This document shows positions 31,302-43,010 of a stretch of DNA of 64,000 nt, one piece after another. The position numbers and the translations under genes are program-made. Numbering within the stretch: position 1 is the stretch's first letter; each line of letters begins with the position of its first letter. The DNA comes from a virus. Location: the IMG/VR virus record IMGVR_UViG_3300036985_006248, positions 32,001-96,000 of that record; one strand, 5' to 3'. The notes below the pieces were generated by a model. It searched no databases and had not been told where the DNA came from. It saw nothing but the letters and a program-made list of their open reading frames with translations.

Positions 31302-32144
31302 TTATGCTGCTGGAACTTCTGGCGGTACTTCTGCTCCAACTTCCTCGCTGCCTACTGGCGGTACCTCTGCCGTTGCTACTGGCGCAGCCCCTTGAAGTGC
31401 TGCGTCTTTCTTTGCTTTCTCAGCCTCATATTCTGGAGTTGTGGGTTCCTCCGGGGTAGCCTGTAGCTCTGTTTCAAACTTATCAAAATATAATTTAGTG
31501 TTTGTTAATAGATAATCGTAGAATGTTTCGCGGTCTTGTTCATTTGACAATAAAGAATAAGTTTCAAGAATTTGCTTTTGAATCTTCTTAAAGGTTTCAA
31601 GAGCAAAGTTTCTTCCTGTAAGGTCTTCAGTCTCGATTGCTTGGAAGGCATTAACTGGGTTTGGCTTCTCTACTTTCTTTGGTTTCTTAACGTCAATGAA
31701 ATTAGGATCTGCCTCTGGAGTGCCGGGAACAGGTTCTTCTCCCTGCTCTTTTAACTCACCAGTTGGCTGCGCTGCTGCTGGAGCCGCCACCGGGGCTGGG
31801 GCTTTTCCACCGGCATTCTTCTTATCCACAGCAAAGTATACAGAAGCCGTAGATAAGAGATTTTGAATAGCACGAAGAATATGCGCTTTGAAAGACTTAC
31901 GTTGTGCTTCGTCGGTCTTTAAATCCTTATAACCAGACTCTAAGATTGGAACAATGCTACTAAGTAGTTTTTCAAGTGCATTGATACCAGTAGATTCATG
32001 TTGTGTGGTGTCTTGCTTCTCACGTAGCAACTTACGAATATCTTTGCGAAGCTTTGTTTCTTCGGTTAATTCTTGTTTTTGCTGGCGCTTGATACTACGC
32101 AGTACATTACGGACATATAATCTTAAAGTATCTAATTCTTGCAT
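31302..32144 (-). CDS. Hypothetical, probably head-associated protein
   Basis: Charged/Pro-Ala linkers and LxE-type motifs. Confidence 0.4.
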   Translation of the reverse strand: MQELDTLRLYVRNVLRSIKRQQKQELTEETKLRKDIRKLLREKQDTTQHESTGINALEKLLSSIVPILESGYKDLKTDEAQRKSFKAHILRAIQNLLSTASVYFAVDKKNAGGKAPAPVAAPAAAQPTGELKEQGEEPVPGTPEADPNFIDVKKPKKVEKPNPVNAFQAIETEDLTGRNFALETFKKIQKQILETYSLLSNEQDRETFYDYLLTNTKLYFDKFETELQATPEEPTTPEYEAEKAKKDAALQGAAPVATAEVPPVGSEEVGAEVPPEVPAA

Positions 32145-32145
32145 T

Positions 32146-34272
32146 TTAGTTTTGCTCCGATTCTTTTCCTAATGGTGCCGCATAGCCACCAACTGCACCA
32201 GCACCCATACTTTCTTCTTTGGCGTGCTTAAAATATTGAACTTGTTTTTCTCTTTTTTCTGCGCCAGATTTATTTGGATAGCAACCTAATTTCTTATTAG
32301 ATTTCTTAGACACTAAACAATACTTACTTCCTGTCTTTATAATATGCTCAGTAATTATATCATATATTTGTTTTTCTTCTAATTTTTGTGAAGAAGAACC
32401 AAACATAGCAAGTATCTCTGCCGCGACTTTTGTTTTATTGACAGAATCAGGTAAAAACTTAACAAGATTTTCTTTGTTTTCCTCTGAAATAGCCTTACGC
32501 ATATCCGTTGCGCTTATTTTGCCCAAAGATGCCATAGGTTTAACAAGTGTCTTCACGCCCTCACGCGCATATTTGGTAATATCTTTTGCGAAACGTTCCT
32601 CGTCTCCACCTTTGGTACTAGTGCCTAAAATAACAGTTTGGCCGGGTTGAGCAAACTCTGGATTGTTATCTTTATTACCAACAAATTCATATGCTGCCCT
32701 TACAGGAGAACTGAAAGGGGAATTCATAACAACTACTTTTTCTGAAAGTCCTTCCGCGTCCAAATATAAATCCCAAATCTTTTTCGATATATCAAATGTA
32801 ACTGGTTGACCATTAGGTAAGTCTCTAGCCAATGGTGAAATCATAATAACTACTTTATCGGCTACTTTTGCATATGATTTAATCATAGCCATATGGCCTT
32901 TATGGGGAGGTTTAAAAGCACCGGGCACAACCGCAATTGTTTCCCCGTTCTTCTTAGACTCATCTAATTTCTGCATAGCAGGAACATTGCCACGACCATA
33001 TTTAAATAATCCAAGAATTTGGTTGACAGGAGCAAAGTTGCCGGTAAACTTATAAGTCATACCATCATAATCAAATACGAATCCTTCTGCGGCTGCGTCA
33101 ACGTTATCGGCGCTACGTAGCTTAATCATTTGTCGTTTTAGAATATTCATTGCATCTTCATTACCGGAAGATTCTATTGCGCTGATTGCTGTTTGGACTT
33201 CCTTTTTCAGACGCTTAACTTCCTTGTCATTATCCAAAACGAATGCGCTTTGTAAACCCTTCAACATTTCAACGGCGAAATCGCTTACAATTGATTCAAG
33301 AGGTAAAATAGCAGTTTTTAATATTTCTTTTTTGCTTGTTTCGTTTAAAAGGTTTTCTTTAACGAATTCTAATTGCTCTTTAGAAATCTTTGCAGATATA
33401 TCTTTAACTGATATTCCTTTGACTCCTAGAATTCTTTTTGCTATATTCATTTTAGCCACAGGATCAAAATTCTTTATTCCACCTCTTTGCAATATTGAAT
33501 TAATTAGAATATATACACGAGCGGCCATATAATCAGCAATTGTGGAATCTTCTCCCAAACTTAATTCTTTATTTTTTACTAGAGTATTAACTGTTGCCAA
33601 TAAAGAATTAATCTTGCTTATAGAAGTATTTAATGGCTTTTTATCGGATAGAGCTTTAAGTTTTTTAACAGCGTTTACTTGAACACTATAGTTGTCGCTC
33701 TTTGATTGTTCTTGAGCATCTGAAATTACTTTTTCTAATTTTGCAGCAGGTTCAGATAAATCTCTTGTTGATGCTTGTTGTTTTTCTCTGTCATATTCAA
33801 AGTGACCTGCGCGATGAATCACTAGAGCTTTTGTATCATAGTTAATAACATTTGGAGTACGTGGATCCATTACTTCTGCGTTATAAAATATGTTAGTCTC
33901 TGGACCAAATATCTCTATTTGTTCTTCGTGGCTCAACCCTTGAACTGCCTTCTCAAACGCCTTAAGGGCATCGCTAAACGTTTCTTTCAATGCAGGGTTA
34001 GCCCGGTCAGCAAACTTAGCTGCTAATTGTTCTGGGGTCAATCCGCCACTTTTTACATCACCTTTGTTTCTAACACCTTTCGCTCTGCCATCTTTGACAG
34101 AAAAAGAAATCATTAAGTTTTGTCCATCAGTTTTTTCAGTGCCTTCAAGTTTGCCACCAGCCGCCGCCGTGAATATTTCTTTTAGTTTGGCGAATGTCAA
34201 ATCACTATTATCATATAAATGATTCATATGACCAGCCACTCCACCTTCTAATAATATTTCTTGATCTGACAT
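32146..34272 (-). CDS. Ligase-like nucleotidyltransferase fused to an HxGH (cytidylyltransferase-like) domain
   Basis: EKTDG, AEV, EGFVF and YKF, followed by PGAFKPPHKGH and ISATDMR. Confidence 0.65.
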   Translation of the reverse strand: MSDQEILLEGGVAGHMNHLYDNSDLTFAKLKEIFTAAAGGKLEGTEKTDGQNLMISFSVKDGRAKGVRNKGDVKSGGLTPEQLAAKFADRANPALKETFSDALKAFEKAVQGLSHEEQIEIFGPETNIFYNAEVMDPRTPNVINYDTKALVIHRAGHFEYDREKQQASTRDLSEPAAKLEKVISDAQEQSKSDNYSVQVNAVKKLKALSDKKPLNTSISKINSLLATVNTLVKNKELSLGEDSTIADYMAARVYILINSILQRGGIKNFDPVAKMNIAKRILGVKGISVKDISAKISKEQLEFVKENLLNETSKKEILKTAILPLESIVSDFAVEMLKGLQSAFVLDNDKEVKRLKKEVQTAISAIESSGNEDAMNILKRQMIKLRSADNVDAAAEGFVFDYDGMTYKFTGNFAPVNQILGLFKYGRGNVPAMQKLDESKKNGETIAVVPGAFKPPHKGHMAMIKSYAKVADKVVIMISPLARDLPNGQPVTFDISKKIWDLYLDAEGLSEKVVVMNSPFSSPVRAAYEFVGNKDNNPEFAQPGQTVILGTSTKGGDEERFAKDITKYAREGVKTLVKPMASLGKISATDMRKAISEENKENLVKFLPDSVNKTKVAAEILAMFGSSSQKLEEKQIYDIITEHIIKTGSKYCLVSKKSNKKLGCYPNKSGAEKREKQVQYFKHAKEESMGAGAVGGYAAPLGKESEQN

Positions 34273-34540
34273 TTTGGTTTCTTATCCTTGGGTACTTGTG
34301 GTAGAAGTTTGGTATGGTACTGTGTTATTTCTCAAAGAAATAGGACCACCTATTTGTTGTGCGATTGGAGTGTGGCGAATTATTCCTGAAGGAGCAGTAA
34401 CTGTTGCCAAAAGGTCATTCGGGTCACCGATTACTTGCGGAAGCGTCACCATGTAGCCATTAATCTGGACTACATAAGCTGCTGTAAGCGTTTTGTTTCT
34501 ACTATCGTCATTCTGTATAGTAAAATCTCTAGCCATATTA

Positions 34541-35350
34541 TTATTTAACGAAACGACGCATTAGTTCTTGATAAACAAGTTCTTCTTTCTTATTAAATAA
34601 TTCCTTACAAACGCGATCCTTTTCCGTGAATAGTTGTGGATATGGATGAACAATCTGTTCTTCTTCTTCCTTACCTTCTTGTAACTTCTCTACATGTTCC
34701 TGTTCGCTCATATCTTTACCGTGACGTGCTTTCATATCATGTGCCGCTTGTTCGGTGGCCTCTTGCTTTATTGACTTTTTAGCTTTCTTTATTTTATTGT
34801 CTTTCTTCTTCTTTACAGGTGCAGTATTACTTGCGTTGCCAAGTGGATCTGACATTTGACGCAGCGCCGCGATTCTGTCTTCTGCCGTTTCTTTTGAATT
34901 TACCTTCTTCTCAGCCATTAGATTTTTCCTCTCAATTTTCTTTGTATCTGTCCAATCTCTAAAAATCATATTGCCGCGCTCAAAAGCATCGCGTTCCATT
35001 TCCCTTAAACCATTATCATGCAATGAATAAGATTCATCGCTTGCAATTTTGCTTAAGTCTATTTTTTCATCAAAACCTTTTAGCTTCTGTGCATGATGTA
35101 TTAGCTCGTGAGAAAAAGAACGAATTATATCTTTCGCATGCCTATCCGTTATATATAAATGTATTTCTTGTCTTTCGGGATCATATCCACCAGTTTTTCC
35201 TAGTAGATCGCTAGCATTATTTTTATCTTTTTTTAAGAAAACACGAGGAGGAATATCTATATTTAGCTCTTTAGAAGCATAATTATAGAACTCTTTCATA
35301 TATTTCTTAAGGTCATTGTGACTAATATTTTCGTTTAGGAGTTGTATCAT
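34541..35350 (-). CDS. HExxH-motif protein
   Basis: HELIHHAQ...EREA-like (ERDAF). Confidence 0.55.
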   Translation of the reverse strand: MIQLLNENISHNDLKKYMKEFYNYASKELNIDIPPRVFLKKDKNNASDLLGKTGGYDPERQEIHLYITDRHAKDIIRSFSHELIHHAQKLKGFDEKIDLSKIASDESYSLHDNGLREMERDAFERGNMIFRDWTDTKKIERKNLMAEKKVNSKETAEDRIAALRQMSDPLGNASNTAPVKKKKDNKIKKAKKSIKQEATEQAAHDMKARHGKDMSEQEHVEKLQEGKEEEEQIVHPYPQLFTEKDRVCKELFNKKEELVYQELMRRFVK

Positions 35351-36151
35351 AGAAATAAAAAAACTACTTATGAGCGTTATGTCATAAGTAGTTTCTTAAA
35401 GCTTATTTTTTCTAAATAATTAGAATATTTGGATTTGGATTACTCTTGGTGAAGGCTTTTCTTCTTTTTTGTTTTTAATATATTCTTCGTATTCTTGCTC
35501 ATAATCGGGAAGCTGCAAGCGTTTTTCTTCTACAATTTGTTGTTCACGCTTTTTCTTTTCTTCAAGTGCAGGAAGAAACATGGCATTCTCCTTGATGGGC
35601 ACAAAGCCCGTTGTGATAAATAGTTTACCAATCTTCGAAAGTCGTAATCTTAAAGACCGAAGTTTCTTTGAACAACATCGTTTTCTCTTTAGACACAGTG
35701 GAAGATTCAAATAAAAACATCCAAATAGCAACATATGAGGAAGGGACACTCAATAATCTTATCAATGCTGAATCAGAATTTTCTACTAATATACCGCGCC
35801 CAAACACTGTGCCATCTTTATTATTTACTCTAACTAAATCTCCCACTTTCATGGCCTACGCCCTTGCAATAAAATTATTATGTGCCTTGCCAATAGCATT
35901 GGTAATCTTAATATAATGTTCCGGGTGTTTCATCATCAGCGATGCTAAAAATTCTTGCTTTGTCAATATAGCCATATGTCCAAAGACATAAACAATACTA
36001 TCAATATCTTTGTCTGAAAGATTCTCGGGCATTTGCATTTGGGTCATTGTTATCCTTGGGTGAGAGATGGGTAGGTTTTGATGCTACCTGCTATACTATA
36101 ACCGTTCATAAGTTGTATGTCAAGAAAAGTATATTTGTTTCAAACAATGTT

Positions 36152-36724
36152 TTATCTTTCTAGATAGAATCTCCAAGCAATTGGCACACTTTTTTCTATA
36201 TTATAATAGCCGTCTGTGGCTTCCTGAAGATATGGTAATTTATTCGGCTTCTTGGGTTGCTTGACGAGTTTGAAGCCAGATTCTTTTAACGACTTATTGG
36301 CTTTTTTCTGATTACACCCATAACAGCAGGTGATAACGTTTTCCCACATTGTTTTTCCACCAGACGTTTTAGGAATTATGTGGTCAATCGTAAAAGTTGC
36401 AAAGGTGACATGATTTTGACAATATTGACACCTGCCCTCGTCACGGGTCCAAACATTCTTACGAGAAAAACGAATAGCCGAGTTTCTTCTCTTACCTATA
36501 GCATTGTTCTTAAATATAACAACGGCTGGTACTCTCATAGACATTGAGGGTGACCGAATTACTTCATCGTATTCTTCTAGCGTTGTTACTTTATTAGAAT
36601 AGATAAGTGTAACAGCACGAGCCCAAGAAATAACACCAAGAGGCTCATAATTGGTGGATAAAGCTAATACTTTCATTTTTGAAACTCCGTTGGAAGTTTC
36701 ATCATACATGACCTTTTCTCCCAC
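36152..36724 (-). CDS. HNH endonuclease (McrA-like)
   Basis: RDEGRCQYC, TIDHIIP..GG...N...CxxCN.KK. Confidence 0.9.
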   Translation of the reverse strand: MGEKVMYDETSNGVSKMKVLALSTNYEPLGVISWARAVTLIYSNKVTTLEEYDEVIRSPSMSMRVPAVVIFKNNAIGKRRNSAIRFSRKNVWTRDEGRCQYCQNHVTFATFTIDHIIPKTSGGKTMWENVITCCYGCNQKKANKSLKESGFKLVKQPKKPNKLPYLQEATDGYYNIEKSVPIAWRFYLER

Positions 36725-36736
36725 GTCAAACGAGAC

Positions 36737-36955
36737 TTATTTTTTAGTTAAACCTAAATCTACTGTGAAATTTTCATTAACATGGTTACAACTATTGCAT
36801 GCAAATACTGGAACAGGAATAAACGTGTCCTTCCCATCTTCCATCAGTAAGCCAGAAATACTCTTTATAACAAATACTTGCTTCAAAAATTCACAGCCAC
36901 ATTTTTCACAAGCTATAGTCTTTGCGTTATCAAGTTGCATTTTATTTAATTTCAT
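36737..36955 (-). CDS. Zinc-ribbon protein
   Basis: CEKC...CNSC. Confidence 0.6.
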   Translation of the reverse strand: MKLNKMQLDNAKTIACEKCGCEFLKQVFVIKSISGLLMEDGKDTFIPVPVFACNSCNHVNENFTVDLGLTKK

Positions 36956-36964
36956 TTTTATCCT

Positions 36965-37288
36965 TTATAAACTCATGGTAATCATACCAACAAATACTAA
37001 TATCAACCCTATCATTTTATGCCCATGTAACTCGTTATTCAAAATGAAATAAGCAGTTGTATACCAAGCGGCATGAAAAAAGAATGTCTGAAATGCCGAC
37101 ATTAATGTTAATGGTAACATTTTTGCACGTAATTGATAAGCAAAAATACTAGCACTAATGAAACTAGTTAAATAAGTCCAATACCAAGCCATGTTACCCG
37201 CTCGTATTGACTTAGCCATAAATGCTGCCATTACGCCGTTTGCTATTAATATTAACGCTACGATTACAACTTTTATTTGATTGTTCAT
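36965..37288 (-). CDS. Small 4-TM membrane protein (SMR/EamA-like)
   Basis: Four hydrophobic segments and an E...K.IG motif. Confidence 0.55.
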   Translation of the reverse strand: MNNQIKVVIVALILIANGVMAAFMAKSIRAGNMAWYWTYLTSFISASIFAYQLRAKMLPLTLMSAFQTFFFHAAWYTTAYFILNNELHGHKMIGLILVFVGMITMSL

Positions 37289-37299
37289 TTTGTCTTTTC

Positions 37300-38001
37300 T
37301 TATGCTTTACAAATTTCATATTTTCCAACCATTTTTATTATTTGTTGTAATTTTGAATTAGGGTGATTAGTTTTAATAACTGCCCAATAGGCACCTTTAT
37401 CGATAGCTATTGATTCATATCTACGTATTTGTTTTGTAAGTATTTTTATTCCACACGATAAATTATTATATGGATTGAGTATCGTCTTTCGTTTATCATC
37501 GTCTGAAAGCTTAGAATCTTTCGACCAATCAAAGCTACAATTATGGTATAGGGAATCTATGTAGCCGACCTGCAACAATCCTTCACTTATCAATGGTGCG
37601 CTAGTAACAGGGTCTATAGAATTTGAAACACTCGCTATTCTCGCACTGGGGTTGAATGTGCTTTCATAAAATGACATTGATGCAATGAGTTGCCCCCAGA
37701 CATTTATCTTTTGATTTTTATTCAAGTTTTTATAATTAGGACAAAAATGCTTTATATCTTTGGCGCTATTTAAAATTTCAAAGTTATTTTCTATTTGTAA
37801 GAATACATACTCGCTCCACCTTTTCCTACTTGGATTGTTTTTTTCCCATTCTAGTGGGAGCATTGTTTCCTCTATTTTTTCTTCTTCTTCAATCATTATT
37901 TCTGGAATTATTACAACTTGTGGAGTATGACAAGCGAGTTTATGCCCAACAAACAACACACTGTTTAATAATAGAAACATATATAATATTTTTGTTTTCA
38001 T
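37300..38001 (-). CDS. SLT lytic transglycosylase with a signal anchor
   Basis: YESTFNP, SEGLLQ and NPYNNLSCG motifs. Confidence 0.75.
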   Translation of the reverse strand: MKTKILYMFLLLNSVLFVGHKLACHTPQVVIIPEIMIEEEEKIEETMLPLEWEKNNPSRKRWSEYVFLQIENNFEILNSAKDIKHFCPNYKNLNKNQKINVWGQLIASMSFYESTFNPSARIASVSNSIDPVTSAPLISEGLLQVGYIDSLYHNCSFDWSKDSKLSDDDKRKTILNPYNNLSCGIKILTKQIRRYESIAIDKGAYWAVIKTNHPNSKLQQIIKMVGKYEICKA

Positions 38002-38484
38002 AGTTTATTTTTAACAAAATTTAAATAATATATTAAATTTAGCTTTAACCTTTGTGGGTCTTAGTATACTCTTATTTCTGAGTATTTTATACTGCCACAT
38101 CTATTTCCCCAAACAGGATGTTTCCATCAACCGCTTGAGATAATGGATTATTGATGCTACTCTTTTATTAATTTAACGATTACTAGCTCATCATCATAAA
38201 AATATAAGGGGTCTGCTTCCTCGTCATAAGCAATCTCTATGTAATAATCTCCATTATTCCCCATTGTATCGATATACGTGACAAAGCCATATAGAGTGTC
38301 GCTATCACGAACTCTGACAAAATCATCGATATCAACCAAACATTGTCTTCTGGCCATAGTATTATAAATAGTATTGCAAATGATAAAGCCCCACCAGCGC
38401 GGGGCAACACAACCGCGAAGCGGGGGAGAATTTTTTTGCCTTTCCTACCATACCACCCTTCCCCCTGCCCGTGTGGATTGTTTT

Positions 38485-39021
38485 TTACTTTATTGTGGTA
38501 TTGTGACGTTCAAGAAACGCATAGAACTTCTTACGCAAGAAATTCGGGAACGGAAACATCCATAGATACTCAGAAGAACTAAAAAGAGATATATAATATT
38601 CAATAACTGCTTTGTTGATATAACCATAACGGTCACGTTCAGCTATCATACTTTCACAGTAACCACGATATTCCCAATATGCGCGCATTGTAAAAACAAA
38701 CGGCAGCGGAAAGAACAGGTAACTCAATTCAAAAAGTACAGGCCAACGTCGCGCATCGCGTAGATGAACAAGTTCGTGACGCAATACGTCGTATCCAATC
38801 GCAGTACCAATCAAACGTCGTGGCATATAGACTTTGCCAAACACGGCAGTTATATAATTGGTCATAAAAGATTTATTCCAGAATGTCATCAAAGTAACGG
38901 CATAAAGTGCTCTCATAAAAAAAGATTCATCCTTTGGCACTACTTTGAAGCGTGGAAACTCTTTTGATATGTTTATAACAAGTTCATTATATTTGAGGTA
39001 ATCATCGCCATAATACTCAGT
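38485..39021 (-). CDS. HExxH hypothetical protein
   Basis: HELVH...EYRGY. Confidence 0.5.
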   Translation of the reverse strand, partial: TEYYGDDYLKYNELVINISKEFPRFKVVPKDESFFMRALYAVTLMTFWNKSFMTNYITAVFGKVYMPRRLIGTAIGYDVLRHELVHLRDARRWPVLFELSYLFFPLPFVFTMRAYWEYRGYCESMIAERDRYGYINKAVIEYYISLFSSSEYLWMFPFPNFLRKKFYAFLERHNTTIK

Positions 39022-41847
39022 CATCTTTTTTATCTCCTTTCTCAATAATTAATAATTGTATTTCTTCAGGATATGCAATGTAAAATTTATTTGTTTTTAT
39101 ACCATAAAGCCTATACCAACTGTTTTCCACCAACCCATAATTACATTCAACAACAACAGCTAACTCAGGCGGGCGGCTTAATATTTGAACCTCCACCAAA
39201 GCACCCACCGGAATTTTTTTCTTTAGATATTGACCTTTTTTCTTCCTTTTGCCTTTACCTCGCATATTATAAATAGTTTTATACTATTATATAAACGCAA
39301 TATTAGCATAGTATTTTGTGACGCTCTAGGAGGCTCTAGAAACGCGATGTGAGAAAAGAGGTGGCCACCGTCTGCCCTATGGGCAGAAATGCGCGTAGGA
39401 GGCAATACAGGCGCTACAATAGCAAAAAGGGATGCATAGCATCCCCTGATTACCAAATAGTTGATTTGCGGATGTCATCGACGTTAAGCTTTAAAAAAAA
39501 TAGTTGGCTTGGTGCAATATCTTGTGGAGAACTTTTGTCACTCCATTGAATCCGATATTCAGGAGACGCACCCGAAACAATTAACCCAAAGATGTACCCA
39601 CCGTTGAGAGTTGTGCATGCAACGAGGTCGCCTACATTGTATTCCATGTTCTGTTGTGTTTTCATAATCCCAAGTTTTGTTTTAAACGGAAAAATGATTC
39701 CCGATATCTCCAAATCATCCATTCGGATAATCTCCTGCTTTCTTCGCCGTTTGCCCAATCGATATTGTATAGTGGCGTTACCTGTCCCTCAACAACAGTC
39801 CAGTCAAGAGATTGTATCCACCCAAGAAGCACTTCATCCCGTGTATCTACATAGTATGCAGCAACAAGGTCACCAATATTGTGTTTATGGCAAACTACAT
39901 CTTTTTTCACAGGCACATCTTTTTTCTTTCTTTTAGGTAAACTCTTCGCCATGTGTCAATTAAGTTTTCGTCATATTTATAGAATTGTTCGCCGGGTGCT
40001 GCATGGCTCCAACATACAAGGTATAAGGTAGAATCGCTTTGCTTCTGTGCTCGACTAGAACGTTTGGTTCCTTTTACTATACCAGTAATCCACCCAATAC
40101 GGTAGTCTTGTTTAATATATAAATCGGATTGATATTGAGCACCGGCAGTTGTCCAAAGCATCAATAGGTCACCAATATTGTGTTTATATTTTTTCATGGG
40201 CTGCATTTCTTTTTTATTTTTAAAGCATTATTCTTCCACACTCTGACCGAGTTCTCGTCGTGCTGTCGCGGTGGCCAACCTTCTCTGTCATCACTCCATA
40301 CCACAGAATAAAGTGTAGAAAGTTCATCGTCATATGGATTATATTTTACCTTAACAACCCACCCAATCAACGTCGAAGCCGCAATCGAACCGACGATTAT
40401 AAGCAGATCACCAACCTTGATATCTTGATCACCAACCTTGATATCTTGTTTTTTCATAAGCCAAATTCCTTTTTTAATTTCAAAGCGTGTCTGTGCCATT
40501 TATCAATATGATACTCAGAATACTCTTTCGGTCTTCTCCCCCCTTCATCACTCCAAGCTGCTTTATAACACATTTCTAAAGAGCCATCTGGTGGCACAAG
40601 CTCAGTAATCCATCCACAGTGAAGCGCCTTGCGCGCCAGCGGTGACGCTCCAATGTAAATATCTTGTATCACCAATAAATCACCAACTTTGTATTTATGT
40701 TTTCGAGTTTTATTTTTCATAGACCCATCCTAGCGCGTTCTTGCAAGTAGTTAAAGCGCCATGATTCTATATCTACTTCACGGTAAGAACCCACCATCTT
40801 TTCCCCGTTGGGACTGAATATATTTAACCACTCTATATCATAGATAAATGAGTGGGGGTGGCGCTCGACCGGATGATAAGACACCATGATTACCATGGCA
40901 AGACGGCAACCTTCGACTCCAAAAGTGCTCCATAACAGATCGCCAACGCTATACTGTGGAGGTTTCATAGACCCATGTTACCACGGTGCGCGAGGTAGTG
41001 CAAGCGCCACTCTGTTACATCCACTTCTCCATAACTCCCATATCTCTCAAGAAACGGAAAATTTTTTTCTGTATTAAGCCATTCTATAACATAATATTTA
41101 TCCCCTTCTACAACTCCATGCACTCCAACAATCATTGCAAGCGAAAAAAATGGCACACCGTCGTTATGGGCTTTTGTCCACTCGCGTTCAATCAACAGGT
41201 CACCAACTTCCAAATTTGTATATTTCTTTTTCATTTGATTTGCTTTTTAATCATCAAGTAGATGTCACGCCAGCCACTCAGTGTTCTATATTTGTAGAAA
41301 AAAGTTTGGTTTGGAATATTGTTCCATTCAACCGCATACCAAATCTTTTCAATGGTTTTGAATTGCTCAATCATATAACCGGGTGGTGTCGCATTCACGT
41401 CCACAATCCAACCAACATTGTATTGTTGAATTTCCGATTCATCTTCATCATAATCGTCGGGATCGGGAAACTCATCGCGGTCATCGGGCCAAGGAGCACC
41501 GCGTGGTGAAGTATTGGGATAGGGTTTTATTTTCACAAACAGCAGGTCGCCAATCGATAACTTCGCGTTCATATACTGTTCTCGTTTCTGTAATCCAAAT
41601 ATGCGTTACGGAGTATTAATATGAGGTTGTCATCGTATATCATGGTATCCACCAATGCATTATTATCATTGTGTGGGTTTAACCAAAGCACTTCGGCTTC
41701 GTTGGTGAATATTCGCATCACTGCACCAATCATTGTCGATTGGTCTATGTTAACAAGCATCACGAGGTCGCCAACTTTGATGTCTTCAAAGGAAATTGTC
41801 ATAAATTTTTTTGGGAAATTTTTTCTCCGTGCCCAATTGTACACCAT
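39017..41847 (-). CDS. Tandem array of about 10 paralogous small SH3/KOW-like proteins
   Basis: Shared pattern (K/N)(V/I)GDL...G.I..I...Y.(I/V).W...Y.E..I..WR..YL; overlapping stop/start codons. Confidence 0.65.
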
Positions 41848-42747
41848 TTTGAAATGGGTAGCAAGAAGTGAAATTTCGGATTTTTATCTGGGGTTGGCGG
41901 GTGACCCTAGCCCGTTTCCCCAGCAATATCAGCCGGTTACCAGACATACATTCCGGCCATATCCCCCCCTATACGGGGAGGGAGGGGAGGGGGGCACCCC
42001 TATAGCCAAGCATGAAAGTCTCACTGCACTCTTTATTAAACAGTTTCATGTCATATGCATGCAAACATTCGGGCAGGTTAAACATCAATGCTTGACCCGC
42101 ATCCTTAAACAGCCTGCTCCATTCGGCAGGTGGTTCACCGTGTAACTCCACCACTTCCCCAACACGCGCAGCGAGGCAACCATATGCGCGCACAGCTAAC
42201 AGCAAGGCTTCCCATTCTCTGGGAGCGTCTACCTTAAGAAAGAACTCGACACGCCAATCCAACTCCTCACCAGTGAACGACCACATGCCGTTCAACCTTG
42301 AGAGGGTCAGCTTGACTTTATTTATTTCGTGCCGAATCATTTTGTCAATCACGCCTCGTTCATATCAAGCATCGCGGTAACATGGTCGCGGTCACGCTCT
42401 GCCGTTGCATATGCTTCCATTGCACGGTTAACGAGGTCCACATATTCCTGAGTTGCCTCAAGAAAGGTTGCGAAGTTAACAGCAACGGCGGCAGCTTCCT
42501 CCGCTTCCTGAATGTCCTCCGCGATGCCTTCACGGGCGGCGAGGTCGGCATCACTGAAAGCATTGTCAAGCTCAGTTGGGAATTCCATGTCTTCGTTCTC
42601 CTCAGTCACCACGTTAACTTCCTCGCCAATTTCGTACACGTCAGACTCTCCGGTGTAAATATCTTTCTCATGGACAAACAGTCTGCCCATCACCTCGCCC
42701 GTCACCACCTCACCCGTCAAGATGTTTTGCGCTTGCATCTTTTCCTT

Positions 42748-43008
42748 TCAGTCTACCCACGTCCAACCACGAGCGGGAAGCATATCCATGAGGTCAGTCG
42801 GTGCGGCTGACATGATGACATAGGGAGCGATTTCCGCTCGCGAGATGTCGCCCGCTTCCTGTTCATATCCGTCAACAAGAGCAAAGCGAATATCCGACTC
42901 GCGTTTATTATCAAGCAGGAAATACTCCCAACGGTTCCGGGTCATAAGCCACCCATACACCTCAACGGACTGCGACCCATCCAGACGCTTCATAGTGCGG
43001 GGCTTCAT
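42748..43008 (-). CDS. DUF2958-like protein
   Basis: WEYFL...FALVDGYEQEAGDISRAEI. Confidence 0.5.
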   Translation of the reverse strand: MKPRTMKRLDGSQSVEVYGWLMTRNRWEYFLLDNKRESDIRFALVDGYEQEAGDISRAEIAPYVIMSAAPTDLMDMLPARGWTWVD

Positions 43009-43010
43009 AA

